From Convolutriloba macropyga (lineage: Eukaryota): a stretch of 64,000 nt of DNA. Shown here one piece after another: positions 24,945-35,939 of the stretch. Position 1 is the first letter of the stretch. Each line of letters begins with the position of its first letter. Location of the stretch: contig NC_134471.1 of NCBI RefSeq assembly GCF_964194025.1, forward strand, positions 77,314,001 to 77,378,000. Direction: 5' to 3'. Position numbers and translations under genes: made by a program. Under the pieces are notes generated by a model that was not told where the DNA came from, did no database searches, and worked only from the letters and a program-made list of their open reading frames with translations.

Positions 24945-25125
24945 TACTGTCTGAAAAAATCATCAGTTGAACTAACGAACAATTTTGAGATTTTCCAATA
25001 TGTTTTGGATGTGTTCCCCTCCTTCTATCAACCGGGTTTGGGACTGGCTACGGCGGAATTAGAAACAACTATCGAAGATTTTGAGAAGAGCGTTAGGTAA
25101 AAAACAAAGCTCGAACTCTATCTCC
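24945..25125 (+). repeat. Dispersed repeat, copy 1 (copy 2 at ~43420-43625)
   Basis: TATGTTTTGGATGTGTTCCCCTCCTTCTATCAACCGGGTTTGGGACTGGCTACGGCGGAATTAGAAAC aligns with TATGTTCTGGGTGTGTTTCTCTCCTCCTTTTTCATCCGGGCTGGGGACCGGCTACGGCGGAGTTACAAAC. Confidence 0.75.
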
Positions 25126-25191
25126 AAACACAACAAATTATAAAAAATCGCTAAATGACTATAAATGACTAAGACAATAAAACAAATGAGT

Positions 25192-25670
25192 AAAATTCGT
25201 TTTTCGCAAAATTGGCAAATTTCTGTATGAAATACTAACTTTGTTCCTAGGCAAGCTATAGCAAGCATTTCTTTCGTCCTGCTCTCTACCTACACAGGGG
25301 ATACTCTATTCCGAGTTTGGTTCAATTTGAAGAACTTTTTGACCCAACCAAAAAGAACTATTTTTAAAATTCGTTATTCGCGCAATTACCAAATTTCCGT
25401 ACAAAAAACAAACTTTCTTCCTAGGCAAGCTTTAGCAAAAAAATTCGTTTCGTCCTACACTCTAGCTACAAAGGGGATACACTATACCCAGTTTGGATCA
25501 ATTTGAACAACTTTTCGACCCAATGAAAAAGATCTATTTTTAAAATTCCTTAGTCGCGAAATTCAAAAACTTACTTATGCAATACTAACTTTCTTAAAAG
25601 ACAAGCCATAGCAAAAACTCCTTTTGTCCTACACTCTACCTACACAGGGAGGGGATACTCCAAACCGAGA
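25192..25670 (+). repeat. ~175-bp tandem repeat, ~2.7 copies
   Basis: AAAATTC.T...TCGC....GCAAGCT.TAGCAA....GTCCT.C.CTCTA.CTAC..AGGGGATAC recurs at ~25192, 25366 and 25542. Confidence 0.8.
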
Positions 25671-26821
25671 AAATAAGAAACGAAGAAAAAGAAAGAGTGG
25701 ATAAGAAATCAGTAATTTGAATCCCATTCTCATGCCGTCAGCTCGCATTGTCTGATGCTCTCAAATCTCTTTTTCCAACAATGAAAAAGTTTTGATCGAT
25801 ATCATTTTTTGTATTAACTGCTTCTCCTACTTTCTTTTCTGAACTAATATGTTGCGCTTTTGAAAACAAAATGTTCAAATCGAAATATTTACTTTTTTCA
25901 CATAGAAAATTTTCTGACTAAACTCTATGATATAAAAATTTGTATTTGTAATTAAATTATCAGCATAACGGAACAGCGTTTGACTTGAGACCTTAGTTTT
26001 TTTTCCTTGTCATAGCTGAAAATTTTGCCCTTATCTATAGTACCACTTAGACGTTAACACCAAGGATTTTATATTTTGAAAGGAAAATGTGGAGAATTCT
26101 TCTGATATTTAACTTTCGACATCGAAAACACTGTTGACTTCAGTAACATCATTTTTCAAAACTTTTTCTTTAAGTAGCGTTAACTGTGCTAATTGTTAAA
26201 TTGACAAAAAAGCAAAAATATGCTAAAACTAGACCAGAATATTTTTGTCATCAATTCTCATTTTTTGCTGTCCTTACATGTGATCAAACAACTTTTCGTG
26301 TAAGCAGAAAATTTTTGTCTCAAATTTTTTTTATTCATTGCTAAATTTAGAATAAATTCCACAACAATTTCAAAGAGAGGACAAGATTTGAAGTGGCGCG
26401 TCTGTCGACATCGAAAAAATCTTCTCCCATTTTGTCTCCCTATATATGAAGAAAATTATATATGATATTCTATTTATTTCCAGCAATCTGCTCTGTTCAA
26501 ACATGTAATTTGGTTAAAAAGAGCTGTATAATGTGGCTAATTTTTTCCAACATATCGCTGTAACTTTTAATTGTTCTTTTAAAGCATTTCACTGTCTGCC
26601 TGATTTGTGCTGACAGCTCTGTCGACATTGTAAACCTTGTTCAATGAGCCACTTTTAACTCTTCCTCAATGAGGCACTTTTAAGAACTTCCTCAATTTTC
26701 AAGCAGTGAAGAGTGTTTGAAATCTATTTTAAAAAAAGAACATTTCTTTTAAGGTGACAATTTCCTAAATCTTAATTTTTTTGAAATAATGTTTTAGATC
26801 CGTCATAATTCAAACTCACCA

Positions 26822-27091
26822 ATGATCAATTTCCAGACAATAATATCTTTCATACTATCTGTTTTTACGTGGCTGTTATCTTCCTCAGTTGCGAAAGGTG
26901 TGTTGAGGAACATTGCTGCAAACACTCTCGAAGACAGAAAACGAGAAGAACATCGAAATGGTCAAGGTCAAACAAGGTCCTCTTCACCCGAAGCCTCTGT
27001 CAATATTCACAACATATCTGTGTCAGGAACTGTAAATATTTATTGCTCAAATAGAAATAATAATGAGACACCGAAATCAACATTTATTTTG
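26822..27091 (+). CDS. Probable first coding exon (90 aa) of the CCCH-WWE gene; N-terminal hydrophobic signal/anchor
   Basis: ATG shortly after acceptor TTTTAG (~26797); MINFQTIISFILSVFTWLLSSSVAKG is hydrophobic; consensus phase-0 donor TTG|GTAAGT at 27092. Confidence 0.55.
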
Positions 27092-28547
27092 GTAAGTAAA
27101 CAAGGAGATAAAGTAAAAAGAGAAAAGGCTGAAACGAAATCATAGTTTTCAGAAAAAATATCAGAGTTGCAAAAAGTTAAAGCGAAAGAGCATGCAAGAC
27201 TATTTTGAATCAACGCGTTCATTAAGTACAACGAAACTCCAAAAGCCTATAATTGATTTTTGAACTAAGTTAAAAATTTTTTGAAAAACATCAGCTTTTC
27301 AATCTTGTTGAATTGTTTCTGTTCAGTTTTACTTTTCAATGTAAACATAGTCTAATCATAGTACTGAAGATAAAGCTTCAGAAAAGCTGATTAGAGTTTC
27401 ATAAACAATTTTTGAACAAGATATGCCGAAGAAAACAGCACGATTTCTTATCTCATTTGGTGTATTTCTACCCATGCACTGTTGCAAAAAGATCCTTATG
27501 AAAGCTAAGCTAAAACAGTGGGTGTTTGTAAAAGATAGGTAAAACTTTCTGACGGTTGGTTGAGTTTAAAAACGCCCCGTGCCAATTGTTTTTTTTGTGT
27601 TCGCTCCGTTGGACTAATATGCTTTTCAGACAGACACAGGGTTTAAAACATCATGGTGTTTCTCTAATTGATACTACGAGTCTTAATTGAGTTTCAAAAC
27701 TACGATACCGAAACTCTTTAACATTTAAAAACGACGATAGCGAATCTATCTCCCGTTTAAAAATGACACTACCGATTCCGTCTTACGTTAAATGCCAAAT
27801 AGAAATAATAATGAGACACCGAAATCAACATTTATTTTGGTAAGTAAACAAGGAGATAAAGTAAAAAGAGAAAAGGCTGAAACGAAATCATAGTTTTCAG
27901 AAAAAATATCAGAGTTGCAAAAAGTTAAAGCGAAAGAGCATGCAAGACTATTTTGAATCAACGCGTTCATTAAGTACAACGAAACTCCAAAAGCCTATAA
28001 TTGATTTTTGAACTAAGTTAAAAATTTTTTGAAAAACATCAGCTTTTCAATCTTGTTGAATTGTTTCTGTTCAGTTTTACTTTTCAATGTAAACATAGTC
28101 TAATCATAGTACTGAAGATAAAGCTTCAGAAAAGCTGATTAGAGTTTCATAAACAATTTTTGAACAAGATATGCCGAAGAAAACAGCACGATTTCTTATC
28201 TCATTTGGTGTATTTCTACCCATGCACTGTTGCAAAAAGATCCTTATGAAAGCTAAGCTAAAACAGTGGGTGTTTGTAAAAGATAGGTAAAACTTTCTGA
28301 CGGTTGGTTGAGTTTAAAAACGCCCCGTGCCAATTGTTTTTTTTGTGTTCGCTCCGTTGGACTAATATGCTTTTCAGACAGACACAGGGTTTAAAACATC
28401 ATGGTGTTTCTCTAATAGATACTACGAGTCTTAATTGAGTTTCAAAACTACGATACCGAAACTCTTTAACATTTAAAAACGACGATAGCGAATCTATCTC
28501 CCGTTTAAAAATGACACTACCGATTCCGTCTTACGTTAAATGCCAAA
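27048..28547 (+). repeat. Near-identical 748-bp tandem duplication
   Basis: 27048-27795 matches 27796-28543; ORFs 27040/27788 are offset by 748. CAAA microhomology at the junctions. One substitution seen by eye (CTAATTGATA vs CTAATAGATA). Confidence 0.95.
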
Positions 28548-30862
28548 CAAAAACGACTATATCGCCAAAAATTATAGAAAATTTCGTCCTTTTTGGCTAG
28601 AAAAAAAAACAAGTTACGCAGAGAGGGGAAGTTAATTGAACACACTTTGTATTTTAGTTAGAGGATCCTACCAAAAAAGTTCAACGGCAAAAATACTGAT
28701 TTTTTAAATCATGGTAGCTTATTTTTGCAATGAATGTGAAAACAAATTCAAGCTTATTTTTATCCTATTTCATCAAAATCCCTCATTGTGATCCTAAATC
28801 GCACACGCATACAGGTTGCAACTTAAGGGGGGATAACTGATAACTAGAAAAAGCGTCACTAGTGTTTTTCTCTCTTTCGGTCATAGTAATGTTTAAATTC
28901 CGGAAATATGCTGCAAACCGTTAGTGGCAAAAGAACAAGTAAAATTAATCTGAAGCAATGTGTGCAAAAAGTAAGATAAATGTTCGACGAATCTCTGTTT
29001 TAGTGATTTAAGCTTAAAATAAACAATTTTGCTGGAAAAAATCGTCACTGTTCCATTTGTTGAAAATTCTGTTTCTGTTTAGTTTTACTTTTTAATGTAC
29101 TTATATTGTACTAGAGCCACAATAGATGTAGCTTGAAGGAAATCTCATAAGTGACCCAGAATCAGTTTTAGACAATTTTTGCCCAAATTGGCCCCTTATA
29201 TTAGCTGCTCTGATTTGATACAATTACACTTCAATGCAAATTAGTGTTTAATTAAATATAAAACCACTGAAAATATTGTTTTGGAATTTAATTACCCAAA
29301 TTGTAAAACTTACTTCAGGAATTGTAGAAACGTTTTTACACAACACGGATTTTAGTGATCAGATTCAATTTTTCAACCAAATTCAATTTGGTAAAATTTG
29401 TAATACCAAACTTTGCAAAATGCAGAGTACAAAGATTCCGATTGATCTTTACCATTTTAGGCGACGGCGGAACCGCCTGAAGTCATTTTGGGTCTGCCTT
29501 TGCGTTGAAATTTTGAGTTCTCTGGTTTCATGTTTAGCTTCACTATTAATTTAGTGTTTGGTACTTCTATTAGCAAGGAGGCTCGGTAAGGTGCGTTCCC
29601 GCATTATGTTCCGACCCCGCTCATCTACATTTTCCACTTAATTGACAACCAAATGAGGAAGAGATTAAAACAAATAACATATCGTTATGAAACCACTAAA
29701 TGAATAAAACATTCTACCTTAGAGTGCGGAGACGGTGATAAGAATTACTTAATCACAAATATTAATTACGATCAAAACCCGTTGTCCGTTTGATTAAACA
29801 ATTGTTATTCAAATCAAAATGGCATGAGACAAAATTGATACTGAACAAAATTAGCCTCCACTTCATTAGAAAAAGAGTGAATATTTTCCTCAACTCGACT
29901 TGGTTGGAATTCGACAAGAAAAGAGCATAACTGCAGAGTTTAATAAAACCTCGCTTTATTGAAAAGAATTAATGTCAAACTTATGAAAAACATTATTTAT
30001 CAACTGAACTCATTGTGAGATTTAATTTCACCTCCATTAAAAATGATTGAGACTTTTCACCACGTCATACGACTACAAAAACGCAAATACAGGCAAAAAT
30101 AAAAAAAATATCAAAATATGCACGAAACCGATGTCCAAGCCAGTTAATTATGAAGTTGTTTGATAAGAACAACTAAACTTTTTATTCTCCCTATTTTTTG
30201 TGATTCTGTGAAAAGAAAACGAAATTTTGGCAAGTATGTAAGAATCACGAATATTTTGTGAAAAATCGTGGTACCATGAACAATGAAAATTTGAGGGAAA
30301 AAACCGTCTTAAGGAACAAATTGTAGTTTCCTAGCTAGGGGATGTGACTTGTCTATATAGATACTACCTTATAGAGTTAAGATTGGCTACGCTCAAAAAT
30401 GATTGCTTTTTTAAAAAATAAATTTATTTTCAAAATTCATAGCCAACATATTCTTTCAACTAAAAGAATCGAACAATTTATCTTGCAACTGCATAGAAAA
30501 CTAATCTGGCTGTTATTGGTGAGAATATATCGTAAGATTATAAACTAATAGTGAAAATAAGCAGACTTTTAAAACTTAAGCAGCTTTATGAAACCGCTTA
30601 TAAGGTTAAATTTATTAGATATTAACTGCAAGAAATATAAAAATGCACTTCCGTTTCCGTTAACATCATAAACTCTTTTTGAAAAGGATTATCATAAAAT
30701 GATAACAAAAAGAACCAAAAACATTGAAAACTATCAAGAGCTCAAAATATTTCTGAAACAAATTGTCTAATCTCTAAAAAACATCAATCAAAATGTTGAA
30801 CCAAGAAAAAAATTGTTGTTTGTTTCAAAAAAATTACAGCAATCTCTCAATATTGAATTTAA

Positions 30863-31611
30863 TTCACAAATATAATAGGAAATTATAAAATACGAAATTA
30901 GGACGAAAACCAGAATAAAAAGGGAAAGTTGAAAAACTTTTTACTCTTTTTTGAATAAAGAAATTGGTTTGAAAGTGAACAAAATTATTAGCCATAAATC
31001 GGTATCAGTTATAGAAATCTTTTGTATATCTATGGTTCACCATTGAGACTTTTCTATACACTATATTTGGCATACGACAACAAAAACCAACAACAAATAC
31101 GGAGCAAAAAAAGACCGCAAAAACTAAAATTTGCAAGAGAACCGTGTCGTAGCCTTTAAAACCATAAGTTGTAAAAACAATAAAATGTTCAGTTACGTAC
31201 ATTTAACATTTTTTCAGTTGGATTTTCAAATTATTTCACGAATATAATAGGAAATTATAAAATACGAAATTACGACGAGAATCAGAACAAAAAGGGAAAG
31301 TTGAAGAAATTTTTCCTCTTTTTTGAATAAAAAAATTGGTTTTTGAAATTAAACAAAATTATTAGCCATATATCGGTATCAGTTATAGAAATCTTTTATA
31401 TATCAATGGTTCACCATTGAGACTTTTGTATACACAATTTTTGGCATACGACAACAAAAATAAACAACAACTATGGAGCAAAAAAAGTGACTGCAAAATC
31501 TAAATTTTTCAAGAGAACCGTGTCGTAGCCCTTAAAACCATAAGTTGAAAAAACGATAAAATGTTCAGTTACGTACATTTAACATTTTTTCAGTTGAACT
31601 TTTAAGTTATT
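30863..31611 (+). repeat. ~372-bp tandem duplication (diverged, intronic)
   Basis: AATATAATAGGAAATTATAAAATACGAAATTA at 30869 and 31241; shared GAGAACCGTGTCGTAGCC and ATGTTCAGTTACGTACATTTAAC. Confidence 0.9.
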
Positions 31612-32900
31612 TGACAATTTACCAAAGAAATAAAAAGAAAAACAAATACGTGCAATTATGCACAAAAATACAAAATTTTGTTTGAAATCTCGTACCAAAA
31701 CCAAGAAAACAATTGTCTCAGACATTTGTTTATATCTCATATGACATAATGAATAACCTGTATTTATCATGAAAGGTTAAAAATGGACAAAATTAAGAAA
31801 ACAAAAATGACAAATTCAAACAGTCACTAAAACTCTCTTAAAAGAAATATATTTAATATTATATGAGACGTTAGATAACAATCAAATTCATTGTATGGCT
31901 TCACCAACACCTGTTGAAGAAGCCATTTGGATCTTTGATTCGTTAGACATAGTACTCAGACTGTAGAAAGAATAATAAATGGAGGCAAAAAACAAGTTTT
32001 CATTTAAAGTTTACTAAAACTGTTCGTCAAAGCCAAAATAAGCCTTAAGTTTTGTCTGAAAACAAACTATATCTAATTTTTCCTCATTTTCACTTGGAAT
32101 TGAGCTGCCATTAATTGAGTCAGCGCCAAACCAAAAATTAAAAAAACTCTGATTGAGAATCCACGATGAGATCAAGCCTATCCCTGATATTGCAACGCGC
32201 TCAAAAAACCACCCAATTGCTCCAAATGTTTGCGAATCAAACCAGTTGAAATTTTTCAGAAATAAATTAAATCAATTATTCATTTTGTATATTTATCGAG
32301 TAAAATTTGCCAAAACGGCAAACTTTGAATTCCAGTAGAGTTTTATAGGGCGCCAATTTTGTTCTCATGGAGTTAACGGAGAGTGTGTCAGCGGTTTCTA
32401 GGTCTCTACTTTCGGAACACGTAAACAAAGTGGAACACAAAAGCATATTTTGTTCCTTTTTTCTTGAAAAAAGTCTGCGTTTTGAAAGTTTAATAAATAT
32501 TTTAAGCCAAAAAAACTCAAATCAAAGATTTCAGCAATTGTCTTTTATCTCTAACGATAACAAAAACAATCTACCGGTAAAAAGTTTAACACGTTTTTTA
32601 AAATATTTTAGCGAAACTGATCCGTATTTTATCAAAAATGGCGGAAAATGTGAACAAAACTGCCAAATATTCACAAAATTGTGAACCTAGATAACTCCTT
32701 GTAAAAAACGATATTCGAAAAATCTTCTTAACTGCATTTTCTACAAGGTAGGTGCTTTCTATTGATACCATTCACAACTCACTACGTTGATTATATCGAT
32801 CCGCCAAAATTCACTGAACAAAAAAAACCATTTGAGTATACACTTCCTCAACCCCCCCCCCCCACAAAAGTGAGGATCGGAACAATAAAGTTTGTTTCAG

Positions 32901-35900
32901 GACAACACACCTGCCCAGACTGACACCCCTGCCCAGACTGAAACACCTGCCCAGACCGAAATATCAGCTTCAAGGGTAAAAAAGCGAATAGTGGAACCAA
33001 GGTATCCAAATTCATCCAGTCAGTGGTACCAAGGAATCAAGTCTGAAGTTTTTGGTGTTCGTACAGCAACATGCAACAACACTCCCTCGCAGTACCTTGG
33101 ATCATCACCAGGTTCTAGTGACTCCGAAACTAATCAATTGTTAGAGAATGATAATTTGAACAAACGGTACGAAAAAAGTGAACTGCACAAAACTTTATCG
33201 AAAGACAAATACCCGCAAAAATTGAGCGGCTCTTCAAAAATAGTAAAACAAGTTCCTTCGCAAATAACTTCACCAAACTCATCTCAACTCATATTTCGGA
33301 ACGAGTCCAGAGATGTACCACAATGTGGAACAAATAAAAATTCTCAAAACAATGTTTCAATTTCAACACAAGAAGTATCACACGAAAATAGAGCTACTAA
33401 TTTATCAGTACCGAAAAACGGCGGCCAAAATACGTATGGGGACAAAGTTTCGTCGAGCGGTTTACCAAATGCGCCAGAAAACAGTTCCCCTATGAGATCT
33501 AGAGACATATTCAACCACGGGTTACACAGTTTCCGACAAAAAGCAGCAGAATATAACTACCAGGACAATGTTTTTGAAATAATTTTACCAAATAATCCAC
33601 TGAACGGTTTTCAAGAGAAGTATGCAGATTCTATTTGTAGTGGAGAACAAAAAGGACCACAAAAAATTACAGAAAATTGTTTTCAAAACAAATTTAGAGA
33701 TACACTTCAAGGCCCAATGCAAAAAATACAGCCAAATTTACTAGAATGTAGTTTTGAAAACAAGTCTACAGAAGCTATTAGTAGCCGACTACAGAAAGTG
33801 TTTCAGATAGAACCAGGAAGAGGTCTTGAAAAAAGCTCTACAGAAAACAATTTCAACTTATCACAGAAGCTGCAGGAAAACATCCCCGGTAATATACTAG
33901 AGGGCAGTTACCAAAACAAACTGCCAAGCCCGCCACAAGAGAAACCAGAAATTATCAGCCAAAATAGAGTTCCAAATACAACCGAAAAGGTACCAGGCAG
34001 CAGTCGCCTAATCGAAATTTCAATTCCAATTTCAACTTCCTACATCAAGACATATAATTTTTCCCTTCCTACATCAAGACATATATTCCACAGTGGGTCA
34101 CAAACTCTCCAACATAAAGTAACAGAAAATAAACACCAAGACAAAATTTCTGACCCTGTTTTGAACAGCTTGCAAAGCACACCAAAGAACGACTTTCGGG
34201 TAAACTTGACAGATTTTTGTCGCAGTGGAGTACAAAAAGAGCCACAAAAAGTACCAAAAAATTATGCTGAAAACAAGTCTAGAGTCACACTTCAGGGCCC
34301 AATCCAAAACGTACCCAAAAAACTGCCGGAAGGCTGTTTTGAAAACAAGTCTACCGAGCTTCTTAGAACCCGATTACCGAAAGTAAGACAAAAAGAACAT
34401 GGAAGCAAATTTGAAAATAACTCTGCTGACAACAATCTCAGTCTTTCACAAAACGTACCACAGAAGGTGCCAGACAGCAGTCGAGGAAGCAACCTGCCCG
34501 GTTTAACCTCAAAAACACTAGAGGGTAGTTACGAAAACCAACTGCTAACCTCAACAGAAAAAATTATTCGCCAAAACAGAATTTCAAAAACAACAGAATT
34601 TCAAAAACAACGCCAAATCGAAACTCCAATTTCAACACAAAAAGTACCAGATAGCAGTCACCATGTAACAAATTTATCAGATGGGGTTCCAGAAGTCAGA
34701 CACAGAAACATGTGTACAGATCAGTTTATGAGTGGGTTACAAAATTTTTCACAAAAGAAACAGCAAATCAGTTCTGTGTCAGACTCTAGACAGACTGATG
34801 GCATTGGTTCACTCAACGTACCAAAAAAAGGGCGGGAGAACTTTTCCCGCGACGAAACCCGAGACTCGTTCAAGAGTAGACCTGATAGCTCAAACAGAGA
34901 CGATGTCGCATTCCGAAAGGCACACCATATCACGAATGAGATTATTTCAAGATGCATATCTCCAAGCGTGCCACGTCACTTTTTCGCAAAAAAGTCTCAA
35001 CAAATATGGACTGAAACAAGAGCAGAGAAAAATTTTCCACGCAATTCCCGAAAAAGATTTAGGAATAAATCCTCGAACGCTTCTCGTAACTGTTCCCATT
35101 ACAGACAACCAAACGGATCTCAAAGCAGACACCAAAACACAGCTCGAAGCATATCACGAAATAGATCTCAAAGTCAGTTTCGAAACCGATCACAAAGTAG
35201 AACGTGGACAAGATCAGGGATTAAATCACAACGCAGGTCTCGACATCGAGAAAATTCCCGGACCTCTGGCACGTTTTTTCTGGACAACAACAGTCATTCA
35301 GGCTTCTGTGAAAAACCCAATCAATGGATAAATTTTGGAAAAGATGGATATATTTGTTCGGCATATTTGAATGGCGATTGTAAAGAAACAGACGATTCTT
35401 GCAGTTCTTACCACCCTCCATCTAAAACTACTTTTGCATGGCAATTGAAATCACCATGGGCAGAGTTTTGGAATTATTTCAACAAAAGCACGAACGAATT
35501 TCTCGAAGAAGAATTCTGCGACCCAAATCAAGAAACAGTTTGCGTTGAGAGTGATGATCTTTCGAAGGTCTACGACTTCGAGGGCATGATTTTTACAAAA
35601 CGGTACAAAAATAGGGAGAAATGGTTTCAGATACGCCGAATCGAAGCGCGAGATAAATACCGCACGCCATGGAATTACTTCTGGAAAAATAAACAAAACC
35701 AATGGAAAATGTTCTACAGGTCACCTGACAGGAATAATGGGATAAGTTGTAATAAAATAGATCGAGCATTTTGTTCTGCGTCATTGAATGAAACGAGTAT
35801 TAAACACTTTTCAATTTATGGGAAAAAATACGTTATTCATATCCAGAAGAAAACGGAGAGAAAATGGAGTCTCTACGAAACCGATTCGAATTCGAAACTG

Positions 35901-35939
35901 GTGTCAGAAATAAGACGAAGACCTCGAAGAGACAAATAA
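32901..35939 (+). CDS. Large terminal exon: repetitive linker, RS-rich tract, CCCH zinc finger and tandem WWE domains (ZAP/PARP12/TIPARP-like module, no PARP catalytic domain)
   Basis: 3-kb open frame starting at phase-0 acceptor TTTGTTTCAG|GAC. CCCH: CSAYLNGDCKETDDSCSSYH. WWE1: FAWQ..W..F....NEFLEEEFCDP...DFEGM...IRRI. WWE2: W.YFWKNKQNQW..F...I.RAF...F.IYGKKYVI...EIRRRP. Stop follows directly. Confidence 0.85.
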   Translation, partial: DNTPAQTDTPAQTETPAQTEISASRVKKRIVEPRYPNSSSQWYQGIKSEVFGVRTATCNNTPSQYLGSSPGSSDSETNQLLENDNLNKRYEKSELHKTLSKDKYPQKLSGSSKIVKQVPSQITSPNSSQLIFRNESRDVPQCGTNKNSQNNVSISTQEVSHENRATNLSVPKNGGQNTYGDKVSSSGLPNAPENSSPMRSRDIFNHGLHSFRQKAAEYNYQDNVFEIILPNNPLNGFQEKYADSICSGEQKGPQKITENCFQNKFRDTLQGPMQKIQPNLLECSFENKSTEAISSRLQKVFQIEPGRGLEKSSTENNFNLSQKLQENIPGNILEGSYQNKLPSPPQEKPEIISQNRVPNTTEKVPGSSRLIEISIPISTSYIKTYNFSLPTSRHIFHSGSQTLQHKVTENKHQDKISDPVLNSLQSTPKNDFRVNLTDFCRSGVQKEPQKVPKNYAENKSRVTLQGPIQNVPKKLPEGCFENKSTELLRTRLPKVRQKEHGSKFENNSADNNLSLSQNVPQKVPDSSRGSNLPGLTSKTLEGSYENQLLTSTEKIIRQNRISKTTEFQKQRQIETPISTQKVPDSSHHVTNLSDGVPEVRHRNMCTDQFMSGLQNFSQKKQQISSVSDSRQTDGIGSLNVPKKGRENFSRDETRDSFKSRPDSSNRDDVAFRKAHHITNEIISRCISPSVPRHFFAKKSQQIWTETRAEKNFPRNSRKRFRNKSSNASRNCSHYRQPNGSQSRHQNTARSISRNRSQSQFRNRSQSRTWTRSGIKSQRRSRHRENSRTSGTFFLDNNSHSGFCEKPNQWINFGKDGYICSAYLNGDCKETDDSCSSYHPPSKTTFAWQLKSPWAEFWNYFNKSTNEFLEEEFCDPNQETVCVESDDLSKVYDFEGMIFTKRYKNREKWFQIRRIEARDKYRTPWNYFWKNKQNQWKMFYRSPDRNNGISCNKIDRAFCSASLNETSIKHFSIYGKKYVIHIQKKTERKWSLYETDSNSKLVSEIRRRPRRDK

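Noticed and set aside
26999-27046. RHIM/amyloid-like motif VNIHNISVSGTVNIYC in exon 1
   Set aside because: Lacks the (I/V)Q(I/V/L)G RHIM core; composition alone is insufficient.
34732-35331. 199-aa overlapping ORF inside the WWE exon
   Set aside because: Alternative frame of a low-complexity coding region with no ATG start and no domain.
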